Assembly (NCBI GenBank): GCA_938083015.1 | Contig: CALKCX010000008.1 | Coordinates: 11,196-75,195 of the forward strand | From: an uncultured Candidatus Micrarchaeota archaeon | Lineage (GTDB): Archaea > Micrarchaeota > Micrarchaeia > Anstonellales > J096 | Length of the DNA: 64,000 nucleotides | Direction of reading: 5' to 3' | In this document: positions 38,758 to 47,663 of the stretch, one piece after another | Position numbering within the stretch: the first letter of the stretch is position 1 | Layout of the letters: each line of letters opens with the position of its first letter | The notes under the pieces: generated by a model | Seen by the model: the letters and a program-made list of their open reading frames with translations, nothing else | Database searches by the model: none | What the model was told of the DNA's origin: nothing | Made by a program: the position numbers and the translations under genes

Positions 38758-41037
38758 TTATGCTGATTGTTGTTTTAATAATTTTAATTCTAGCTCTACC
38801 ATAGAAGGAAATGCGGCATCGAATATTTTCTGTGCTTCTCCAAAATCCACTTCTCCGAATTCCTGTTCCATATCGTATATTATTTTATTTGCAAAATTAT
38901 TAGTTTTTAAATAGAAATCTAATTTCATCAATTCTTTATTATCGGTAATCTTTGCGGCCTGATATACCTTATATATCACATATCCTTTATAGAATGCCTG
39001 CATTATTAAATCTTCTGGTTTAAGACCGTTATCTTCTGCTCTTTTTTGAATTATAGGTGGAATAAATTCTAAATCTAATTCTTTATACATCTTCGATATA
39101 TCTAATTTATCCCAGTCTTTCTTATTAGCTTCAGGATTTTTTATAAACAAAGCTTTTAATATAGTATCATTTATACTATTTCCTCTTTCTAATTCAAATA
39201 TTTTTTCAAACTTCTTATCTTTTCTATTACTTTCATATTCAAATCCTACTAATCTATAAGTCCTACCTTTTCTTGTGTATTTAATCTTCTTTAGAAATGT
39301 ATACCTATCTGTAGCTAACATAGAACTTGAAGGTATACCGAATACTAATTCCAATCTATCTCTTACATCAGCAAGACTCTCTGCATGTAGATTATACAAT
39401 AAGAAAACTCCTGGTTGTGTATTAAGCAAATTAATTATACCTTGTACATTTGATTTAGATCTTACTTCATTGATTATCAAAGCAGCATCTCCCATTCTTA
39501 GTAATGCATTTGCCATAGCTACTAAATCTAACTCTGCTAAATCTCTATTTAGATGTTCCATATCTAATGAAGCTATCTTAGCAGCACCTATATGGAATCC
39601 CCTTTTTCTATAGGCCCTAACTGGAATTTCCCATATATCTTGTACAGGTATTATTCTTCTTCTAGTACCTATAGCAGCTATCTTAGCAGCAGTAAACGAG
39701 GTCTTACCAACTCCTTTTACTCCTAATACGGCCTCTGAAGATCCATAGGTTACTAGAACATCATCATAACCTGCAAACATAGGTGTCATAGATTGATAAT
39801 AAAGATACTGTGCATATGTGAAAGGTTCTTCTGACATCAATCTTAAAGCTCCTTGTAATTCTCCAAATGTAGCTGGTGGTCTTTGTAAGTGACATCTCAT
39901 AGATGCCCTTGCACTTACTACGTCTACTACTGGTGAATTAGAATCGAATTTCTTACCTTTCTCAGATAATACCATATTCTTAAATGCTCTCTCTAATTGT
40001 TCACGATTATATCTATATAAAGTATGAGTTATACCGAACTCTCTATGATCTAAATATATAGGGGCATTTTCACTATCTATATATATATCTGTAACATTAT
40101 CTCTATCTAATGCTATATTCTCTATAGGTGCACCAAAACCTATTACCCAAGATGCTGTATCTCTCGCCATTAGTAATGCCTGTCTAGGTGTTATTGGAAT
40201 ATTCCTTATCAATGCAGCTTCAAGAAAGAATTGTTTATATTCATTTATCTTATAATTATACAACACATTATAATCTTGATTTATGAAATTCTCTTTAAGC
40301 TGATTAATTATCAATTCTCTTAAAAGAATTCTAAGATCAGGATTTAGCTTTTCAAGTTCAGGTTGTCGAATGTCATATATGTAAATATCTTTTTCAGGAA
40401 TTTCATAGATTTGTACTTCTACTCCATATGGCAAATTATATCTTCCTTCTTTTCTAGTTATCTTAACGGCATCTGATGGTACATCTAACATTACTAAATC
40501 TATGTAATTTAATGTTGATAAATTGACTAAATTTAAGAATGCTTCTTTTACTCCTCCTCTTGCTAGAACAAGATTATAAAATTTAGTGTTTTTCAATTTA
40601 TTTATCATATATTGTAGTGTATTCATGAATACTTCATAACTTTTCATTAGACCTGCTCTATCTGGTAAAGGTTCTCTATAATTTTCTAAGAATCTTACAG
40701 CATCTACCGGATTAGTATAAGATGTAGTTAAAAATCTTTTTACAACTTCAGTTCTTCTAGTATACATAGGGTCTCTCGGATCACCGTATATCTCTTTTTT
40801 TAGATATATCGCCTCTATTTCAGCTAATGTCCTTGCATATTCTACAAGTATTTGAGTACTTTCTTTTGATAATACATAAGTTATCTCTTCTTCGTATATT
40901 ATCTGTTCTACATCATGATCTTGGACAAAACTTACAAGATTTCTAAAATGATAATTTAAGAATTCAGTTGAACCAAACTCAAATGATGCTTTCGATAAAT
41001 CAACATAAGCTTTCTTTCCCTGTGCCACAAGTTCCAT
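38758..41037 (-). CDS. Type II/IV secretion ATPase (VirB11/FlaI/CpaF family), divergent and large
   Basis: NVTDIYID, Walker A GVKGVGKTS, Asp box QDIWEI, ALLRM, Walker B LIINEVR, His box LHAES...RL; true start ATG 41037 (the ORF-track extension runs through the tRNA). Confidence 0.85.
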   Translation of the reverse strand: MELVAQGKKAYVDLSKASFEFGSTEFLNYHFRNLVSFVQDHDVEQIIYEEEITYVLSKESTQILVEYARTLAEIEAIYLKKEIYGDPRDPMYTRRTEVVKRFLTTSYTNPVDAVRFLENYREPLPDRAGLMKSYEVFMNTLQYMINKLKNTKFYNLVLARGGVKEAFLNLVNLSTLNYIDLVMLDVPSDAVKITRKEGRYNLPYGVEVQIYEIPEKDIYIYDIRQPELEKLNPDLRILLRELIINQLKENFINQDYNVLYNYKINEYKQFFLEAALIRNIPITPRQALLMARDTASWVIGFGAPIENIALDRDNVTDIYIDSENAPIYLDHREFGITHTLYRYNREQLERAFKNMVLSEKGKKFDSNSPVVDVVSARASMRCHLQRPPATFGELQGALRLMSEEPFTYAQYLYYQSMTPMFAGYDDVLVTYGSSEAVLGVKGVGKTSFTAAKIAAIGTRRRIIPVQDIWEIPVRAYRKRGFHIGAAKIASLDMEHLNRDLAELDLVAMANALLRMGDAALIINEVRSKSNVQGIINLLNTQPGVFLLYNLHAESLADVRDRLELVFGIPSSSMLATDRYTFLKKIKYTRKGRTYRLVGFEYESNRKDKKFEKIFELERGNSINDTILKALFIKNPEANKKDWDKLDISKMYKELDLEFIPPIIQKRAEDNGLKPEDLIMQAFYKGYVIYKVYQAAKITDNKELMKLDFYLKTNNFANKIIYDMEQEFGEVDFGEAQKIFDAAFPSMVELELKLLKQQSA

Positions 41038-41070
41038 AAATAGATAATAGCATATGTATTTTAAAATGTA

Positions 41071-41141
41071 TGCGGCCACCGGGATTCGAACCCGGGTCTT
41101 CAGCTTGGAAGGCTGACATCCTACCACTAGACTATGGCCGC
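41071..41141 (-). tRNA. tRNA-Gly(UCC), no intron
   Basis: Reverse complement GCGGCCA-TAGTCTAGTGGTAGGAT-G-TCAGC-CTTCCAA-GCTGA...GGTTCGAATCC..TGGCCGCA. Confidence 0.97.
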
Positions 41142-41175
41142 CAATTCTATTATGTTAAGTTAAGATTAAAAATCT

Positions 41176-42459
41176 TTATAATGATTGTTCATACTCTATA
41201 GATGAATTGTAAAACGAGTATTCTTTTAATTCCTGTTGTTTTATGTTTAAATATTCGGCAATTGTAGTTGAATCTATAAAATCTTTTAGATAAGATTTAT
41301 CAGATTGGAAATTTTCTAATACTGCTCCTAAAGAGTTTGGGAATTTTTCTATCTTCTTCTCTTTAAGATCTTTAATAGTCATCAATTTCGGAGATGTCGG
41401 CACTTCATATTCTAAACTAATGCCCTTTTTTATCCCATCATATCCAGCTGCAAGAATTGCTGTTAAAGATAGAAAAGGATGGGCAGAGCTATCAGGAAAT
41501 AACAATGTAATTCCTCCTTGATCTATCTCTATTGCAGCACCAACAGTTTTATTCTTAGAATAACATATGTAAAAGTTCTCATTCATCAATCTTCTATATG
41601 AATTCACATCCGGATTAGTAAATATCATAAGACTAGGAATATGATCTAGTATACCGGCAACGAAATTCTCTTTTTTATCTTGAAAATTACCGCTAATTCT
41701 AATCTCTAATGAATTGCCCTTTTGATAAGGAAATAGATATGGCATATAGCTTATGTTTATATTCAATATAGAACTCATAGCTCCTGAAATATACTTCATG
41801 TCAGCTATAGTAATAGCAGCATTAATAGGATCAGAATAATCTAATACAATTTTGTGCTGTGATATTGAACTAGAATGATAATGAGCTTCTACATCATGAT
41901 TGAACATTTTAAGATTATCAACTAATTGTTTTCTTATATTATTGTAAGCATCTGCAGGATAAGAAGAAAATAGATTCTCATTTTGAGACATAACTCTATT
42001 ATTCCATCTTCCTTCTCTGGTATCTATGTTTATTACAGGTCCTTTATCTTTGGCAATTCTATCTATACTGGTATTTTCTATTACATAATATTCAATAGAA
42101 GGTTGTATTAATACATCTATACCATAGCTTTTTAGAGAATTGATTACTTTTTCTAATCCTGTTAACATATCTGCTTCATAGTATTCGCCATCTAAAACAG
42201 TTATTCTAGATATAAATCTTGCTGAAAAGATATACCATGGTATAATCGTGTATGTATTCAAAATAGGTTTTAAGTATACTTGTTCACCGAACATCATCTG
42301 TAAATCTCTATTAGAATATCCTACATCTATTAACTCTTGATTTAATCTATTTACATTTATATACACTTCTTTAGTTTCACCAAGTATATTATAGAACTGT
42401 AATACAATATTTTCGATTTTATCATTTTCCAATCTTGTTTTTAAAGTCTCTAAATCCAT
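41176..42459 (-). CDS. Glutamine synthetase-fold protein with degenerate active site
   Basis: LQF..ILG..K, LKP...T...PW, MP, F.AGILDH, NP.VNSYRRL, PD..A.PFL...A.LAAG.DGI; catalytic residues replaced. Confidence 0.8.
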   Translation of the reverse strand: MDLETLKTRLENDKIENIVLQFYNILGETKEVYINVNRLNQELIDVGYSNRDLQMMFGEQVYLKPILNTYTIIPWYIFSARFISRITVLDGEYYEADMLTGLEKVINSLKSYGIDVLIQPSIEYYVIENTSIDRIAKDKGPVINIDTREGRWNNRVMSQNENLFSSYPADAYNNIRKQLVDNLKMFNHDVEAHYHSSSISQHKIVLDYSDPINAAITIADMKYISGAMSSILNINISYMPYLFPYQKGNSLEIRISGNFQDKKENFVAGILDHIPSLMIFTNPDVNSYRRLMNENFYICYSKNKTVGAAIEIDQGGITLLFPDSSAHPFLSLTAILAAGYDGIKKGISLEYEVPTSPKLMTIKDLKEKKIEKFPNSLGAVLENFQSDKSYLKDFIDSTTIAEYLNIKQQELKEYSFYNSSIEYEQSL

Positions 42460-42509
42460 AGTTAAAATTAAGTACATATGTTTTTAAATAGAAATGTATA
42501 TTAACAATT

Positions 42510-43088
42510 ATGTATTTGGAATTACCTAAATTACCATACGCTTACGATGCATTAGAACCTGTTATAAGCTCTAAGATAATGGAATTGCATCATAAGAAAC
42601 ATCATCAAAGCTATGTCGATGGTGCAAATCGAGCTATGGATAAATTGATAAAATATCGAAAAGGTGAAATTGAAATAGATGTTAGAGCAACTTTAAGAGA
42701 CCTATCTTTTCATCTAAACGGTCATGAGTTACATTCGTTGTTTTGGAATATCATGAGACCACCTAGAGAGAACAATCTTCCTTTAGGTAAGATATTAGAG
42801 ATTATAGAAAGAGATTATATGAATTTTCAGACTTTTAAAAAAGAGTTTAGTGAAGCTGCAAAGACTACTGAAGGTTCTGGTTGGAGTATAGCAATATTGT
42901 ATAATGGCAATTTACACATATTTACTATAGAAAAACACAATTTAATGCATATAGCAAATAGTAAAGTAATACTGGCATTAGATGTATGGGAACACGCATA
43001 TTATCTTCAATATCAAAACGATAGAAATAGTTACGTTGAAAATTGGTGGAAATTAGTTAATTGGGATTATGTAAATAGAATACTATGA
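42510..43088 (+). CDS. sod: Fe/Mn superoxide dismutase
   Basis: LPYAYDALEP, HHKKHH..YV, H..FW, GSGW, DVWEHAYY. Confidence 0.97.
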   Translation: MYLELPKLPYAYDALEPVISSKIMELHHKKHHQSYVDGANRAMDKLIKYRKGEIEIDVRATLRDLSFHLNGHELHSLFWNIMRPPRENNLPLGKILEIIERDYMNFQTFKKEFSEAAKTTEGSGWSIAILYNGNLHIFTIEKHNLMHIANSKVILALDVWEHAYYLQYQNDRNSYVENWWKLVNWDYVNRIL

Positions 43089-44257
43089 AATTCGTAAAAG
43101 TAAAATGGAGAGGTCGAGAGATCGACGCTCTATTAATAAATCAATATTCAGATTTAGTAGAATTAAAATTAAAAAACGGTTATAATATCATATTAGATAT
43201 ATCTGAAATTGATATAATTAATGAACAGGAAATAGAAGAGAAAAAACCAGAGATAGTTCAAGAGAATGGTGAATATACTGTAATAATGACAGGTGGTACT
43301 ATAATGTCTAAAGTAGATTATTCTACTGGTGCAGTTTATCCTTCTTATGATCTATCTGAAATAATACCTATATCAAGTCGAAAAAGATTTCTAGATGAGA
43401 TAAAATTTAGTGAAGGTATTGGTCCAAGAGATTGGGAGAAGATAGCTAATATGGTTTATGAAGAATTAAAAGATGGGCAAAAGGTAATAGTTTTACATGG
43501 AACAGATACATTGACATATACTTCATCTGCTATAGGCTTTTCTATATCTAACTTAAATCATCCTGTAGTATTTGTAGGATCTCAAAGATCTAGTGATAGA
43601 CCAAGTAGTGATCAATATATTAATATAAAATCTTCATTTAAAATAGCTAATAGTGATATAGGTGAGAGTATTATTGTAATGCACGATACCATTCAAGATA
43701 CTTCAATTGGAGTATTTAGGGCAGTTAGAACTAGAAAATCGCATACCTCTAGAAGAGATGCTTTTAAGGCAATTGGTTCTGGTAAAATAGGTCGGTATTA
43801 TGTATTAGAAGATAGATTAGAAATATTTGAAGATTATAAAAAGACTGGAGAATTGGGAGAATTTAAAGGAAAATTTAGTGAAAAAGTAGCAATGTTATAT
43901 TTCTATCCTGGAATGGAAGGTTGGATTATAGAAGAATTCTCTCGAAGATATTTAGGAATTGTTATCATAGGAACAGGTCTAGGCCATATAGATCCAAATT
44001 TAATTAAATACATAAACAAAGATAAAGTATTCGTTATGACATCTCAAACTATAGAAGGAAGAGTTAATATGTATGTATATCGAACTGGTAGAGATCTTAT
44101 AGAAGCTGGTGTAAGAGGCAATATGACAGATATGTTACCAGAAGTTGCCTATGTAAAACTAAGCTGGTTATTCGGTAATAATCTTAGTATAGATCTCTAT
44201 GAAAAAAACCTAATTGGAGAAATAACTAAAAGAAGTGTTTATTCATCAGGAGCGTAA
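43085..44257 (+). CDS. gatD: Glu-tRNA(Gln) amidotransferase subunit D
   Basis: LKLKNGYN, TGGTI.S.VDY.TGAV, HGTDT, GSQRSSDRPSSD, HTSRRDAF, GTGLGH. Confidence 0.96.
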   Translation: MKFVKVKWRGREIDALLINQYSDLVELKLKNGYNIILDISEIDIINEQEIEEKKPEIVQENGEYTVIMTGGTIMSKVDYSTGAVYPSYDLSEIIPISSRKRFLDEIKFSEGIGPRDWEKIANMVYEELKDGQKVIVLHGTDTLTYTSSAIGFSISNLNHPVVFVGSQRSSDRPSSDQYINIKSSFKIANSDIGESIIVMHDTIQDTSIGVFRAVRTRKSHTSRRDAFKAIGSGKIGRYYVLEDRLEIFEDYKKTGELGEFKGKFSEKVAMLYFYPGMEGWIIEEFSRRYLGIVIIGTGLGHIDPNLIKYINKDKVFVMTSQTIEGRVNMYVYRTGRDLIEAGVRGNMTDMLPEVAYVKLSWLFGNNLSIDLYEKNLIGEITKRSVYSSGA

Positions 44258-44694
44258 TAATAAAATCTATCCCTTTCCCAGGCGATTATTTCAGAAGGAT
44301 TAAAGAATAGAGTTATCTCTCGAATTGCTGCCTCTTGACTATCGCTAGCATGAATTAGATTTCTTGAAAAACTATTAGATAAATCTCCTCTTATAGTACC
44401 AGGTTGAGCTTTTCTTGAATTAGTTGCACCAACCAGATTTCTAACAACATCTACTACTTCTTTACCTTCTACTACCATAGCTATTACTGGTCCAGATGTT
44501 ATAAACTTTTCTAAATCAGGATAGAATGGTTTGTTAACATGTGCTTCATAATGTTTTTTTGCCAATGCTTGATCGATTTTAATCATTTTCATTGCCACTA
44601 TCTTTAATCCTTTATCTTCTAATCTAGATATAATACGACCTATAAGTCCTCTTTGAATTGCATCGGGTTTTATTAAAACAAGAGTTCTATCCAT
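44239..44694 (-). CDS. ndk: Nucleoside diphosphate kinase
   Basis: IKPDA.QR, PGTIRGD, NLIHASDS. Confidence 0.98.
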   Translation of the reverse strand: MDRTLVLIKPDAIQRGLIGRIISRLEDKGLKIVAMKMIKIDQALAKKHYEAHVNKPFYPDLEKFITSGPVIAMVVEGKEVVDVVRNLVGATNSRKAQPGTIRGDLSNSFSRNLIHASDSQEAAIREITLFFNPSEIIAWERDRFYYYAPDE

Positions 44695-44851
44695 TCTTAT
44701 TCACCCATTTTACTTTTTTAGGATCTCTATTTAATATCAACATAGATCTTCTGCATTTAGATGAACAAAATACATAAGATTTACCATTTGATTGATAGTA
44801 TATTATAGCTTTATGTATTTTTACTTCATCACCACAAAACGTACATTTCAT
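44687..44851 (-). CDS. rpl24e: 50S ribosomal protein L24e (54 aa, below the ORF-track cutoff)
   Basis: Manual translation MKCTFCGDEV...FCSSKC...RDPKKVKWV; sits in the conserved rpl7ae-rps28e-rpl24e-ndk order. Confidence 0.95.
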   Translation of the reverse strand: MKCTFCGDEVKIHKAIIYYQSNGKSYVFCSSKCRRSMLILNRDPKKVKWVNKNG

Positions 44852-44856
44852 AAATT

Positions 44857-45069
44857 TCACCCTATTTCCTTAGCTTCTCTCTCAGTCTCTCTTAATACTA
44901 TTTTCATACCTTTAAATACTGGTCCTTTGATATTTCTCAATATAGTTCTTCCTTGATCAGGTCCTTCTAGTATGTTAACTAAGCATTGATGTATCTCTCC
45001 ATATACTCCACTTCTACCTTTAATTTCTACAATCTCAGCTAAATATGCACCACCTTCAGTATCTCCCAT
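44857..45069 (-). CDS. rps28e: 30S ribosomal protein S28e
   Basis: GR.GV.GE..Q....LEG...GR...RN.KGPV, ETEREA. Confidence 0.96.
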   Translation of the reverse strand: MGDTEGGAYLAEIVEIKGRSGVYGEIHQCLVNILEGPDQGRTILRNIKGPVFKGMKIVLRETEREAKEIG

Positions 45070-45070
45070 A

Positions 45071-45418
45071 TTATTCCACCTTAGGTAACTTTGCCATTAA
45101 CTCTTCAAATTTAGACTTAGCATTTCCAAAATCGATTATAGCGACTGATGATGCACTTACAGTTTTACCAGCTGCATTTCCAAGTTGATCTTTACTATCA
45201 ACATATACCAAAGCTATTTTTTTCTCCTTGGCCATCTTTGGTAGATGAGCTACTAATTCAGGTGGATTTACATCTTTAGCTACCAATATTAATTTAGCTG
45301 TACCTCTCTGCAATGCTTTTGTTACTTCATTTACTCCTACTTTTACTTTACCTCCAGAGTTTACTAATTCTTTTAGACTTTCTATTATCTGTTTTTTTAC
45401 TTCATCGGATACTTCCAT
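45071..45418 (-). CDS. rpl7ae: Ribosomal protein L7Ae (K-turn binding protein)
   Basis: [13 protein letters not shown]...A.DV.P.E.V.HLP, LG.AAG; GAGGTG SD before ATG 45418. Confidence 0.96.
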   Translation of the reverse strand: MEVSDEVKKQIIESLKELVNSGGKVKVGVNEVTKALQRGTAKLILVAKDVNPPELVAHLPKMAKEKKIALVYVDSKDQLGNAAGKTVSASSVAIIDFGNAKSKFEELMAKLPKVE

Positions 45419-45483
45419 AATTAACACCTCAGCATGTTAATATATGGAAAAACATTTAAATTATTATCAATATTACATTATGT

Positions 45484-46533
45484 ATGAAAATAGGTATTCT
45501 GTCAGATACTCATATAGGATTAACTAGAGATAGCTTTAAAGATGAGATAAAGAGAAATTATAAAAAAGCTATAGAAATTCTAAAGGACTGCGATTTAATT
45601 ATACACGCTGGAGATATTTTCGATAGGAATGTCGTAGATGTTAATATGTTAACTACTTTTTTAGAACCTATTAGAGCTTATAATCTAAAATTATTCTATA
45701 TTTTAGGTAATCACGATATTATGAGAAGTAATCTTGAACCTGCTCTTGATAAATATTCTAAATTAAAAGGAGAACAAAATCAGTTTTTATCTAAACTTGA
45801 TAACGAGAGATTAAGACAGTATAGTAATGATATTGTAAATATCGTTGGTATAGATTATGATGATAGACTAATAAAAGAGAAATTAGAATTAGCTAAAACT
45901 AGATTAGATAAATCAAAATATAATATATTGGTTATACATCAAGATTTAGCTGATTTTTTACAAACTGAATTTGCAATAAGTTCTAATTATTTATTAAATC
46001 TAGGTTTTCAATTGGTAATAAATGGTCACATTCATAAATATTCTATTAAAAGAAATTTGTTAATTCCAGGGTCTACTTCTATTACAACATTTGATAAAGA
46101 GGATTTAACAAGTATAAAATATGTACATATTCTTGATACTAATAGACAAGAGATTCAATCTATACCAATACCTGATCAAACTTCAGGTTATTATTTTGAA
46201 ATGGATGAAGTTGGTAAAACTCAAGAGCAAATACAAGAAGACATATCTAAATTGATAGATCAATATAAGAATAAATTTATTAAAATAGTATTGAAAACGG
46301 ATAGGCCTGTGTCATTGGGAAGTATTGTTGATAATCCCTATATAAGTTTGGAAAGATCTATAATAACTAAAGATGCTGAAAGCTTAGATTTTAAATTAAT
46401 AGACATAGATGTTGAATTGAAGAAGGATTGGAAATACGATTATAGTTATGAAGAATTTATAAAAATACTGGATGAAGATCTAGAAGATACGCAACAAAGA
46501 ATAGAGTTGTTGATAAATTTAAAAAAGATGTAG
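45484..46533 (+). CDS. mre11: Mre11/SbcD-like nuclease
   Basis: SDTHIG, AGDIFD, GNHD, HQ, GHIH, PGS. Confidence 0.8.
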   Translation: MKIGILSDTHIGLTRDSFKDEIKRNYKKAIEILKDCDLIIHAGDIFDRNVVDVNMLTTFLEPIRAYNLKLFYILGNHDIMRSNLEPALDKYSKLKGEQNQFLSKLDNERLRQYSNDIVNIVGIDYDDRLIKEKLELAKTRLDKSKYNILVIHQDLADFLQTEFAISSNYLLNLGFQLVINGHIHKYSIKRNLLIPGSTSITTFDKEDLTSIKYVHILDTNRQEIQSIPIPDQTSGYYFEMDEVGKTQEQIQEDISKLIDQYKNKFIKIVLKTDRPVSLGSIVDNPYISLERSIITKDAESLDFKLIDIDVELKKDWKYDYSYEEFIKILDEDLEDTQQRIELLINLKKM

Positions 46534-46544
46534 TTAGATAAATT

Positions 46545-47663
46545 ATGGAAGTTGTTGTACTTGCTGGTGGATTTTCAAAGAGAATGAGACCATTTGAATT
46601 AAAGCCCGTATTAACAATAGCTGGAAAAACAATAATAGATAGAGCTTTAGAAAGTTGGAAAGGCCATAATATATACGTGGTTTATAGAGATGAAAGAATT
46701 AAAGATTATGTTAAAACAGAAGGGGTAACTTTTGTAGAACAACTTGAAGATATGCCAGGTACTGCAGGAGCTATTTATTCTGTCAAACAATATATCAAAG
46801 GTAATAGTTTTTTCGTAATTTCATCTGATCATGTTCTTGATCCTAAAATATATGAAAAGATGCAGAAATCTAAGCCTAATACTGTGTGTATAAAAAGAGT
46901 AAATAATCCTGAAAAATACGGTGTTGTTGTACTTGAAAAAAATAAAATATCTGAAATTGTGGAAAAACCTTCTAATCCAAAGACGAATTTAGTAAACATA
47001 GGTATATATCATTTCAATAGAAGTATATTTAATGAAATCTCTAAAATAGATATTTCTCCAAGAGGTGAATATGAGATTACAGATACTCTTATAGGTAAAA
47101 ACGCCCTAATAATAGAAGATGAGGTATGGATGGATCTTGCATATCCTTGGGAATTACTTGAAGCTGCAAGGTATATCATAAGCGAATTAGAACCTGAGAG
47201 AAATGAAGGTGAATTAATAGGTCAAAATACCATATTGGGCAAGGTCATAATAGAGAAAAGTGCTCGTATAATTAATTCTACTATAGAAGGACCTGTATAC
47301 ATAGGTAAAAACGTTTCCATAGGTCCGTATTCATATATAAAAGGACCAGCTAGTTTAGAAGATAGTGTAGACATAGGTATAGGGACAACTGTAAAAAATT
47401 CTATATTAATGCAGGGAACTAAGGCAAAGCATTTAAATTATATTGGTGATTCTGTTATCGGTAAACATGTAAACTTTGGAGCTGGATCTGTAATAGCTAA
47501 TCTAAGATTTGATGAAGCTCCTATACAACCTATGAATACTAGAAAATTTGGTGCTGTTATTGGAGATAATGTAAAATTAGGAGTAAATAGTATGATAATG
47601 CCTGGTAGTATTATACAAAACAACACCATAATATATCCAGGACAATTATATAAGAATACTTAG
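46545..47663 (+). CDS. Bifunctional sugar-1-phosphate nucleotidyltransferase/acetyltransferase (GlmU-like)
   Basis: LAGG..KRM.P, EKP, SPRGEYEITD, hexapeptide repeats, HLNYIGDS.IG..VNFGAG, ANLRFD. Confidence 0.93.
   Translation: MEVVVLAGGFSKRMRPFELKPVLTIAGKTIIDRALESWKGHNIYVVYRDERIKDYVKTEGVTFVEQLEDMPGTAGAIYSVKQYIKGNSFFVISSDHVLDPKIYEKMQKSKPNTVCIKRVNNPEKYGVVVLEKNKISEIVEKPSNPKTNLVNIGIYHFNRSIFNEISKIDISPRGEYEITDTLIGKNALIIEDEVWMDLAYPWELLEAARYIISELEPERNEGELIGQNTILGKVIIEKSARIINSTIEGPVYIGKNVSIGPYSYIKGPASLEDSVDIGIGTTVKNSILMQGTKAKHLNYIGDSVIGKHVNFGAGSVIANLRFDEAPIQPMNTRKFGAVIGDNVKLGVNSMIMPGSIIQNNTIIYPGQLYKNT

Noticed and set aside
41038..41127. N-terminal extension of the secretion ATPase in the ORF track (MVGCQPSKLK...)
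   Set aside because: It is a translation of tRNA-Gly; the real start is ATG 41037
37656..41141. Integrated element at tRNA-Gly (or at tRNA-Val)
   Set aside because: No duplicated tRNA 3' end and no integrase; composition matches the flanks
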